From Acidobacteriota bacterium (GTDB lineage Bacteria > Acidobacteriota > Thermoanaerobaculia > Multivoradales > UBA5704): a stretch of 64,000 nucleotides of DNA. Positions 56,562 through 64,000 of this stretch are shown piece after piece. How positions within the stretch are numbered: the stretch's first letter is position 1; each line of letters begins with the position of its first letter. The notes beneath the pieces are model-generated. The model made no database searches, was not told where the DNA came from, and saw nothing but the letters and a program-made list of their open reading frames with translations. The stretch covers positions 1 to 64,000 of the forward strand of contig JBDTZG010000022.1 in assembly GCA_040005235.1 (NCBI GenBank). The letters are read 5' to 3'. Position numbers and translations under genes: made by a program.

Positions 56562-58004
56562 ATGAAGGATGCAAGGCTCGTTTTTGTCGTGTCGGCGCTC
56601 GTCGCGGCGCTCTTGATTCCCGCCGCCTCCGCCCGCGCGGCCTCGGCGCGTGAAACCGGCGCGGCGACCCAGACTCGGACCCTGCGCGTCGACTACTTCC
56701 ATACCGGAAATGCGACGACGGAGATGTTTTCGCTCGACCGAGTCGCCCTGGAACCGCTTCCCTGGGCGGGTAACCCCCGCCGGCCGTTCGACGACACCAA
56801 CCTCGGCCTTTACTTCTTCGAGGTCGTCGATCGCGAAACGAACCGGACGATCTATTCGCGCGGCTTCGCCTCGATCTTCGGCGAATGGCAGACCACCGAC
56901 GAGGCGAAGGAGCGGTGGGGGACGTTTTCCGAATCGTTCCGCTTTCCGCTTCCCGAGCGGCCGGTCCGCATCAGTCTCAAGAAGCGCGACGCGAGGAACG
57001 ACTTCCACGAGATCTGGAGCCTCGTCGTCGACCCGGCCGGAATGTTCGTCGACACCTCAGCGCCGAACCCACCCGCCGCCCTGCTCGCGCTCGAAAACCA
57101 CGGCGACCCGTCGGACAAGGTGGACCTGTTGATCTTGGGTGACGGATACACCAAGGAGCAACGTCCGAAGTTCGAGAAGGACGCGCGGCGGATGATCGAG
57201 ATGCTATTCGGGCAGGAGCCGTTCAAGAGCCACCGCGCCGACTTCAACGTCTGGGGCTTGAGCCCCGCGGCACTCGACTCCGGAATCTCGCGCCCTTCAA
57301 CCGGCATCCATCTGCGGAATCCGATCGGCGCCACCTACGACGCGTTCGGCTCGGAGCGCTACGTCCTCACCTTCGACAACCGGGCCTTCCGGGAGGCGGC
57401 TCAATTCGCGCCCTACGATTTCGTCGAGATCCTGGTCAACGCCCAAACTTACGGCGGCGGCGGAATCTTCGGCCTTTACGGCACGGTCGCCGCGGACAGC
57501 GTCTGGGCCCCGTACATCTTTGTCCACGAATTCGGCCATCATTTCGCCGGGCTCGCCGACGAGTACTACACCTCGGACGTCGCGACGAACAACGGCGCGG
57601 TGGTCGAGCCGTGGGAAAAGAACGCGACCGCCAACGCCGATCCGGCGACCGTCAAATGGAAGGCGTTGCTCTCCGCCGGAACCGCGCTCCCGACCCCTTG
57701 GAAGAAGACGGAGTTCGAGGCATTTCAGAAGGACACCCAGGCCCGCCGTCGAAAGATCCGCGCCGAACGGCGACCGGAGTCCGAGATGGATGACCTCTTC
57801 CGCGAAGAGCGCACCCACGAAACGGATCTGCTGGGCAAGGACGCCAACTCCGGCAAGGTCGGAGCCTTCGAAGGGGCCAACTACCAGGCGACCGGCATGT
57901 TTAGGCCCCAGGAGGACTGCATCATGTTCACCCGCGACGAAGTCGGCTTCTGCGCCGTCTGCCGCGCGGCGATCGAGCAGGTGATCGAGCTGTACTCGAA
58001 ATAG
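56562..58004 (+). CDS. M64 (IgA peptidase) family metallopeptidase
   Basis: Signal peptide; LRVDY.H.GN, GDGYT, YGGGGI, HEFGHHFAGLADEY and CIM....FC.VC motifs. Confidence 0.92.
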   Translation: MKDARLVFVVSALVAALLIPAASARAASARETGAATQTRTLRVDYFHTGNATTEMFSLDRVALEPLPWAGNPRRPFDDTNLGLYFFEVVDRETNRTIYSRGFASIFGEWQTTDEAKERWGTFSESFRFPLPERPVRISLKKRDARNDFHEIWSLVVDPAGMFVDTSAPNPPAALLALENHGDPSDKVDLLILGDGYTKEQRPKFEKDARRMIEMLFGQEPFKSHRADFNVWGLSPAALDSGISRPSTGIHLRNPIGATYDAFGSERYVLTFDNRAFREAAQFAPYDFVEILVNAQTYGGGGIFGLYGTVAADSVWAPYIFVHEFGHHFAGLADEYYTSDVATNNGAVVEPWEKNATANADPATVKWKALLSAGTALPTPWKKTEFEAFQKDTQARRRKIRAERRPESEMDDLFREERTHETDLLGKDANSGKVGAFEGANYQATGMFRPQEDCIMFTRDEVGFCAVCRAAIEQVIELYSK

Positions 58005-58050
58005 AGCCAGGGGCACGATCCCGGTAGGTCGTCGAATAAACTTCTCCCGT

Positions 58051-59682
58051 ATGGCTTTGATCTCCCGTCTACTCGGTCGGACCGGCTGGTCGCTTGAGGG
58101 GGTTTCGCTCCCTTGGGCGAACGGCGAGGTTTCGATTTACGAGCATGTCCAGGCGCATTTGGTGCCCGGTCGGCCGGGGCTTAGCGAAGGGGGCGAGGCT
58201 CTGCCGGACGAGGAGAGGCGGTCCCGATCCGGCGGGTTGCGGTGGGTGGCCGGCGGGCTCGATGGCACGTTTGCCCAGCATGGCGGTGCGGGAGCCGACG
58301 AGGCGGTTGCCGAGAGTCTGCATGAGGCGCTGGTGGCGCTCGGCGAGCGGGCGACCGCCCAGGCGCTTTCGGATTTGTACGCTCTGATGCTCCGGCATTC
58401 CGCCTTGGAGTCGGTCGATGCGCTGAACGGGCGGATCGTCCGCGGCGGGATCGACCCGGCCAAGCTGCATACGATCGCGCGTTTCCTGGCCACCCGGGCG
58501 CCGGACCGCGAACCGGTCAAGATGGCGATCGCCTGGCTCGGCCTGCTGCGCGGCGGCGATGACGACGAGCTGCTGCGCGCTCTGGCCCGGCACGAGGAAT
58601 TCACCCTCTACGCCGCGGTCGCGTTGGCCAACCGGCTGGAAGATCCGGAACGCACCCTGTTTTCGCTCGCCCGCCAGGTCGAGGGTTGGGGGCGAATCCA
58701 CCTGATCGAGCGCCTGGCCGACAGCGAGAGCCCCGAAGTGCAGCGTTGGCTGGTGCGCGAGGGGTTCCGCAACAAGATCGACCTCTCATACACGGTGCTG
58801 ATCGCGGCGCGCACCGGGCAGCTGCGCGAAGAGCTGGAACGAGGCTCTCCGGACCCGGAGCTGTTGGTCGCCGCGGGCGAGATCCTCTCGGCCCTGATCG
58901 AAGGCGGTCCATCGGCGAGCATGGACGATTACGAGGAGGGCGCCGCGGCGACCGCCCTCTATCTCGACCTGCTGGTCGAGCGGGCAGAGCGTCTGGAGGA
59001 TTTGAACCACGCGTCGACGATCCGCGGTTTCCTGGCCGAGGACGACGAGGAGGCCTGGACCGAGCGCGAAATCCATGGCTGGACGCCGGAGCTTCGCGAG
59101 CGGCTGATCGCCCGCTGCGACGAAGTTCTGGCGTGGCCGGGCTGGCGCGAAAAGATCGCCCTGGCCGTGCTGACCGGCGAAGCGGGCGACCGCGCGACAT
59201 TCGCGGTGGCCGACCAGGCGGCCCGGGCGCTGGACATCGATCTGTGGGATGCGCACTTCCGGCGCGCCGAGGCGGAGCTGGACGCCTGGCATTGGGCGGC
59301 GATCGCCGCGACGAAAGATCCGGAGCGCCGGCGGCGCGTTCTGGCGCTCGCCGAGGCGCGGCTCGACCTTGGACGGATCGGCTCGGGAGCGGGCCTGGAC
59401 GTGGGCTTCGGTCCGAAGTTTGCGCAGGCTTCGTGCTTGGAGGTGATCCTGCCCGCGCTGCGTGAAACTCCCGGCGCGGGGGTTGCCCTGCTGCTCGCCG
59501 CCCTGCAGAGCCCGACGATCCGCCTACGTCATCGGGCGCTCGACGTGATCGAGGCCTGGGGGCCGGACGCCCGGCCCGAACCGGTCGCCGAGGCGTTGCT
59601 CGCCGCCGCGGCGGTCGAGCCGGACGGCAAGCTGCAATTGCGGATCGCGGCGCTTCTCGCGGACCCCGAGCCTACGAACTGA
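58051..59682 (+). CDS. Conserved hypothetical alpha-helical (HEAT-like) protein
   Basis: Long ORF with REPVK..IA.LG, HEEFTLY and V.GWGRI motifs; function not assignable. Confidence 0.6.
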   Translation: MALISRLLGRTGWSLEGVSLPWANGEVSIYEHVQAHLVPGRPGLSEGGEALPDEERRSRSGGLRWVAGGLDGTFAQHGGAGADEAVAESLHEALVALGERATAQALSDLYALMLRHSALESVDALNGRIVRGGIDPAKLHTIARFLATRAPDREPVKMAIAWLGLLRGGDDDELLRALARHEEFTLYAAVALANRLEDPERTLFSLARQVEGWGRIHLIERLADSESPEVQRWLVREGFRNKIDLSYTVLIAARTGQLREELERGSPDPELLVAAGEILSALIEGGPSASMDDYEEGAAATALYLDLLVERAERLEDLNHASTIRGFLAEDDEEAWTEREIHGWTPELRERLIARCDEVLAWPGWREKIALAVLTGEAGDRATFAVADQAARALDIDLWDAHFRRAEAELDAWHWAAIAATKDPERRRRVLALAEARLDLGRIGSGAGLDVGFGPKFAQASCLEVILPALRETPGAGVALLLAALQSPTIRLRHRALDVIEAWGPDARPEPVAEALLAAAAVEPDGKLQLRIAALLADPEPTN

Positions 59683-59771
59683 TCGAGGGGCTGCAAACGC
59701 GGGCGAGACAGGCCTCGAGGACAGCATGCCTCGCCCCTACGAACAATGCCGGGACGGCGCCCGGAGCTCGA

Positions 59772-59981
59772 TCAGTCGGCGAGCACGAAGGTCACGCGCA
59801 TGGTGACCCGATAGCCCACGACTTTGCCCTTTTCGATGTGGACGTGCTGCTCGGAAACCCAGGCGCTACGCATGTTCTTGAGCGTTTTGCCGGCGCGCTT
59901 GATTCCTTCTTGCACGGCGGCTTCGAAGCTGTCGGGGTGCTCGGCGCTGATTTCGATGACCTTGGCGACGGAAGAGCTCAT
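59772..59981 (-). CDS. Dodecin flavin-binding protein
   Basis: SVAKVIEI.A....SFE.A...GI..A.KTL.N...AWV...YRV...VTF. Confidence 0.9.
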   Translation of the reverse strand: MSSSVAKVIEISAEHPDSFEAAVQEGIKRAGKTLKNMRSAWVSEQHVHIEKGKVVGYRVTMRVTFVLAD

Positions 59982-60029
59982 GTGGACCTCGGATCTCTTT
60001 AAGTTACGGCGGTTGGCGGATCTGGATTT

Positions 60030-62132
60030 TCAGTCGAGCGGCTCGGGACGTGCGACTCCGTAGCCCTGTACGTAGTCTACGCCGATCTGCTGGAGGGTCG
60101 CGAGGATCTCGTCGCTTTCCATCGACTCGGCGATCGTCGCGATGCCGAGCAATTGGCCGATCTGGTGGATCGATTCGACCAGCGCGCGCTGGATCGAGCT
60201 CTCATTGATGTCGCGCACGAAGCCGCCGTCGATCTTCAAGAAATCGACGTCGAGGTTCTTTAGGTAGGCGAACGACGACAGGCCGGTGCCGAAATCGTCG
60301 AGCACGAAACGGCAACCGCGCGCTTTGAGCGTGCGGATGAACTGCTGGGCGCGGGCGAGGTTCGCCACCGCCGCGGTTTCGGTCACTTCGAACAGGATGC
60401 TGCCGGGAGGAACGCCGCTGCGGTCGAGCTGCTCGATCACGTCGACGAGGAAACTCTCCTCGTCGATCGACCGGCCGGAGAGATTGATCGCCCAGTGCAG
60501 CTCCTTGGCGCTGGAACGCTGCTTCTCGACCAGGTTTTGGAACGCGTTCTTGACCACCCAGCGATCGATGCGCGAGATCAGCCGGTAGCGCTCCGCGGCG
60601 GGGATGAACGAGCCGGGCAGCGCGACCTGACCCTGCTCGTCGCGCATCCGAATGAAGATCTCCGACAGCTCCGGCCCGCCGTTTCTTCGGTTCAGCGGGC
60701 GAATCTCCTGGCGGAGTAGAAAGAACCGATCCTCGTCCAGGGCGTTCTGAATCCGGTGGACCCATTGCATCGCGCCGTACCGCTCGACTAAAGCGGCGTC
60801 ATCCTCCTGGTACTCGTGGACCCGGCTCCGGCCGCCTTCCTTGGCGACGTAACAGGCGGCGTCGGCCGCGGCGAGCAGCTGCACCCGGTCGGGTCCACCG
60901 GCGGTGATCGGCACCAGGCCGATCGAAACTCCGACCTGGAAGGTGCGCTCCTGCCAGGCGAAGCGGAACGAGCGGACGGCGGCGCAGACCTCCTGCGCGA
61001 TCCGGCGCGCGCGGTCGAGATCCGCATCTTCGAGCAGGATGCCGAATTCGTCGCCGCCGAGGCGCGCCAGGATGTCGTTCGGCCGAATCCGCGCCCGCAG
61101 CAGGGTCGCCAGCTGGCGGAGCAACTCGTCGCCCGCCAGATGCCCGGCGGTATCGTTGACCAGCTTGAACTCGTCGAGGTCGAGGTAGAGCATCGCATGG
61201 CGACGACCTTCGCCGCATGCGCTCGCGACGCAGGTATCCATCAGCTCTTCGAACTCGCGCCGGTTGAGCAGCCCGGTGAGCCCGTCGTGGCGCGCGAGGT
61301 AGCTCATCTCGCGCTCCATCCGGCGAATCCGGGTAACGTCCTTGAACACCAGGACGGTGCCGCGGATGGTGCCCGAACGATCCCGGATCGGGGCGACGGA
61401 ATCCTGGACGGCAAACTCGACACCGTCCCGGCGGACGAGGGTGGCGCCGCCCGGAAGCTCGACCACCCTACCTTCCGAAAGACAGGTGGCGATCGGATCG
61501 AAACCGATCGGCCGGCCCCGCTCGTCGACCAGCTGGAGGACGCGGAGAGCCGGCTGACCCAGCGCCTCGGCGGCGAGCCATCCGGTGAGGTGCTCGGCGA
61601 CCGGGTTCAAATAGTCGATGCGGCCTTCCGGATCGGTGCGGATCACCCCGTCGCCGATCGAGGCGAGGGTGACCTGGGCGCGCTCCCGCTCGAGCTCCAG
61701 GCGGGCCTGGTTTTCCTGCAGGGCGATTTCCGCCTGTTTGCGGTCGGTGATGTCGATCGCCGAAAGCAGGCCGGCCCAACCGTCCGCCATCATGACGCGC
61801 GTCGCGTTGACCTGCATCCACCGCTCGGTGCCGTCCTTGCGGATGATTTTCACCTCGACGTTGCCGACGAAATCCTCGCCCGCAATTCGGCGCTTCGACC
61901 GTTCGACCACGAGCGCCTGATCGTCGGGATGGACCAACAGCGTGATCGGTCGGCCGACTAGCTCGGCGGCGGAAAAGCCGGTCAGCCGCTCGCTCGCCGG
62001 ATTGACGTAAAGGTAAACCTCCCGGTAGACGAGGATCGCGATTTCCGTCGTCTCGGCCAGGGAACGGAACCAGCTGTCGGTGGCGGCGAACGGTGCGTTT
62101 CCGTCGACCGCAGATTCGATGGAGGTTGTCAC
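60030..62132 (-). CDS. PAS-PAS-GGDEF-EAL c-di-GMP metabolism protein
   Basis: Two PAS domains; RPND I-site plus GGDEF; EAL domain with EIF variant and DDFGTG.SS..YL, KIDG. Confidence 0.93.
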   Translation of the reverse strand: MTTSIESAVDGNAPFAATDSWFRSLAETTEIAILVYREVYLYVNPASERLTGFSAAELVGRPITLLVHPDDQALVVERSKRRIAGEDFVGNVEVKIIRKDGTERWMQVNATRVMMADGWAGLLSAIDITDRKQAEIALQENQARLELERERAQVTLASIGDGVIRTDPEGRIDYLNPVAEHLTGWLAAEALGQPALRVLQLVDERGRPIGFDPIATCLSEGRVVELPGGATLVRRDGVEFAVQDSVAPIRDRSGTIRGTVLVFKDVTRIRRMEREMSYLARHDGLTGLLNRREFEELMDTCVASACGEGRRHAMLYLDLDEFKLVNDTAGHLAGDELLRQLATLLRARIRPNDILARLGGDEFGILLEDADLDRARRIAQEVCAAVRSFRFAWQERTFQVGVSIGLVPITAGGPDRVQLLAAADAACYVAKEGGRSRVHEYQEDDAALVERYGAMQWVHRIQNALDEDRFFLLRQEIRPLNRRNGGPELSEIFIRMRDEQGQVALPGSFIPAAERYRLISRIDRWVVKNAFQNLVEKQRSSAKELHWAINLSGRSIDEESFLVDVIEQLDRSGVPPGSILFEVTETAAVANLARAQQFIRTLKARGCRFVLDDFGTGLSSFAYLKNLDVDFLKIDGGFVRDINESSIQRALVESIHQIGQLLGIATIAESMESDEILATLQQIGVDYVQGYGVARPEPLD

Positions 62133-62210
62133 GGCTCACTCGCATTCCAGATGAAAACAAAAATTGGAGTAACGAGTGTTTCCTTGAAGCAATTTCCGTG
62201 CCCCTCGATC

Positions 62211-63998
62211 TCAGCGCGGACGCCAGACCAGCACCAGCCAGCCACGCCGTTGCCCGATCTCATCCGGCCGCGGATCGGCGACGATCTGCGCCACGCCCGC
62301 TCGGGCCTCGAACGCCGGAAGTCCGGCGAGCGGATAGGGGCCGAGACGAAATCGCCGTTCGATTCCGGCGAGCGCGAGGAGATCTGAAGCGACCCGATGC
62401 CGTTCGTACAGGAGGTGGAACGGCAGGTCGGGAACCGAGAGATCGGCCTGCCATCGCTCGTAGCGGTCCCCCAAGAGCGCCCCGGGAGCGAGGGCGGAGA
62501 CCTCGATACGCTCGGGTGACCGGGGGCCGAGGCCGCTCGGCGGACCGCCCACCTGCAACCGGTCGAAATCGAACCGGGCACCCGTAACCCGGGCGCTCCG
62601 AAGCTCCAGGTCGAGGCCCCAGGAATCCTGTTCGAGGGAAGCGCCGAACGTGCCGCCGAGGGTCCGAATCCCCGATCCGACGGCGCCGTAGAGCGCGATC
62701 CGGGGCTCGAAATGGAGCTTGCCGCGCGCGAGGGAGGCCACCCCGCCCAGTTCTAAGCCCGCCCGAGAACGGCTCTCCGTCCGGTCAGACCCGACGGGAT
62801 CGATCCGTTCCATCAAGGCGCTCGCGAGGACTTCCGTGCGCAGCGGACCGAAGCGTCGTTCGAGGTCCGCGGACAGCTCGACGCCCGACCGATCGAGATC
62901 GAGGCCGCGGCCAAGCGGCGGGCGAGTCGCGCCGGAAGGTCGTTCGGAGAGATCGAATCCGCGGAGCGAGATCTCCACCGGCAGACCGCGGCCCGTGACT
63001 TCGAGGCTTGCGCCCCGGGGAACCGCACCCCCGCCGATTCCCCCGAGCGCGAGGATCTCGAACCGGCCGAGGGGATCTCCGACCCGGACGCCGAGCTCGC
63101 TCCGATTCCCCGCGGCGGTCGCGAGCGATCCGGCGATCAACGGAAGCCACTCCGGGCGGCCCAGGCCATAGGGCCGGCCGGGGGCCACGGTCTCGGCGTT
63201 GAATTCAACCGGCGAGGCCGGCGGTACCGGGCGCACGGCGGGCGCGAAGTCGGTGGGCGGAAGGTTGGCCGCAAGGGGCGGCGAAGCGATCGGTACGCTC
63301 GGGTCGCTCGGCAGGTCGATCCGGCGCAGGTCGAGCCCCTGCGGTTCGAGCGACAGGTAAAAGAGCGCCCGGCCATCCGGTGTCGGAGTGGGAGAGAACG
63401 CGGCGCCCGCCGTGCGGGTGATCGCGGTCTGCCCGGCCGTTCCTTCCGCAGGAAACCCGACGAGGTCGATCCGCCCCTCGCGGCCGAGACTCGCGTAGAT
63501 CGTGGCGCCGTCGGCGCTCCAGGCCGGCGCAGCAGGATTTGAGGGGCCCCCTTCGGATCCCTCGCCCCCCTTGGCAACCGGCAGCTCACGCTCGGCGCCG
63601 GTTTCGAGGTCGCGGATCATCAGATGCCAGGCACCGTCCGCGTGGCGCAGGAACGCCAGGCGGGACCCGTCGCGCGACAGGCGCGGTGCGTCGTAAATCT
63701 CCTCGACCGAAGGCTCGGTGATCGGAGCGACCGCGCCGGTCAAAAGATCGACCCGGACGATCTGAGAAAATCCGTGACGCTGGCGCAAGGCGACCGCCCA
63801 GGAGCCGTCGGCGCTCGGATCGGCATCGCGCAGGTCGGCACCGCGGGTGAGCCTTCGGACCTCGCCGGTGGACAGGATCCAGGCAAACAGGTCGGGATGA
63901 AGGTAGCCCAGAAGATCGGGCTCGAAGCGGACGAAGAGAATCCCGTCTTCGCCCAAAAACCGCGGCATCGAAGGGGCTCTCCCCCCGGACGCCGGCAA
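62211..63998 (-). CDS. C-terminal part of a TolB-like/PD40 propeller + beta-barrel surface protein (5' end outside window)
   Basis: Repeated P..S.DG motifs followed by amphipathic beta strands. Confidence 0.65.
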   Translation of the reverse strand: MPASGGRAPSMPRFLGEDGILFVRFEPDLLGYLHPDLFAWILSTGEVRRLTRGADLRDADPSADGSWAVALRQRHGFSQIVRVDLLTGAVAPITEPSVEEIYDAPRLSRDGSRLAFLRHADGAWHLMIRDLETGAERELPVAKGGEGSEGGPSNPAAPAWSADGATIYASLGREGRIDLVGFPAEGTAGQTAITRTAGAAFSPTPTPDGRALFYLSLEPQGLDLRRIDLPSDPSVPIASPPLAANLPPTDFAPAVRPVPPASPVEFNAETVAPGRPYGLGRPEWLPLIAGSLATAAGNRSELGVRVGDPLGRFEILALGGIGGGAVPRGASLEVTGRGLPVEISLRGFDLSERPSGATRPPLGRGLDLDRSGVELSADLERRFGPLRTEVLASALMERIDPVGSDRTESRSRAGLELGGVASLARGKLHFEPRIALYGAVGSGIRTLGGTFGASLEQDSWGLDLELRSARVTGARFDFDRLQVGGPPSGLGPRSPERIEVSALAPGALLGDRYERWQADLSVPDLPFHLLYERHRVASDLLALAGIERRFRLGPYPLAGLPAFEARAGVAQIVADPRPDEIGQRRGWLVLVWRPR

Positions 63999-64000
63999 CC

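Noticed and set aside
58051-59682. Specific enzymatic label for the 543-aa helical protein
   Set aside because: No catalytic or cofactor motif visible; left as hypothetical
1-64000. Many long antisense or alternate-frame ORFs (e.g. 1487-3115, 22432-24351, 42383-44602, 45786-48338, 51391-53424)
   Set aside because: Shadow ORFs typical of high-GC DNA that overlap well-supported genes and lack motifs
1-64000. Selenoprotein with in-frame UGA near selC
   Set aside because: No gene seen that is clearly interrupted by TGA at a Cys-equivalent position; this was not checked exhaustively

Overview
High-GC bacterial chromosomal window, probably Acidobacteriota (Thermoanaerobaculia-like; inferred from gene content and codon style only). 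Most of it is envelope and housekeeping genes: tgt-yajC-secD-secF, lolA, metF, arnT/arnC-like, aat, pagL, tlyA-nadK-tamB-tamA, a glycosyltransferase/UbiA/YfhO cluster, rsmI, a SurA-like chaperone, an Slt-like protein, murA, prmC, blaI-blaR-like, dodecin and a PAS-GGDEF-EAL protein. Two accessory zones stand out. (1) 7.4-14.3 kb: a tandemly duplicated two-gene cassette (secreted partner + stand-alone matrixin domain) whose upstream regions keep the same hairpins despite sequence change, followed by a divergent SF1 helicase/Fic pair. (2) 29.7-37.2 kb: an integrase-less toxin-antitoxin-rich tract on the 3' side of a tRNA-Sec gene. It holds an IrrE/ImmA-type protease + PIN pair, a vapBC pair, two orphan antitoxins, a DUF4238-like gene and a decayed copy of part of the neighbouring PLP enzyme. 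It also holds two unrelated 21-bp-periodic palindromic arrays, each just upstream of a PIN-nuclease operon. No CRISPR array, rRNA, integrase or transposase was recognised. All family calls come from motif recognition by eye, not from database searches.
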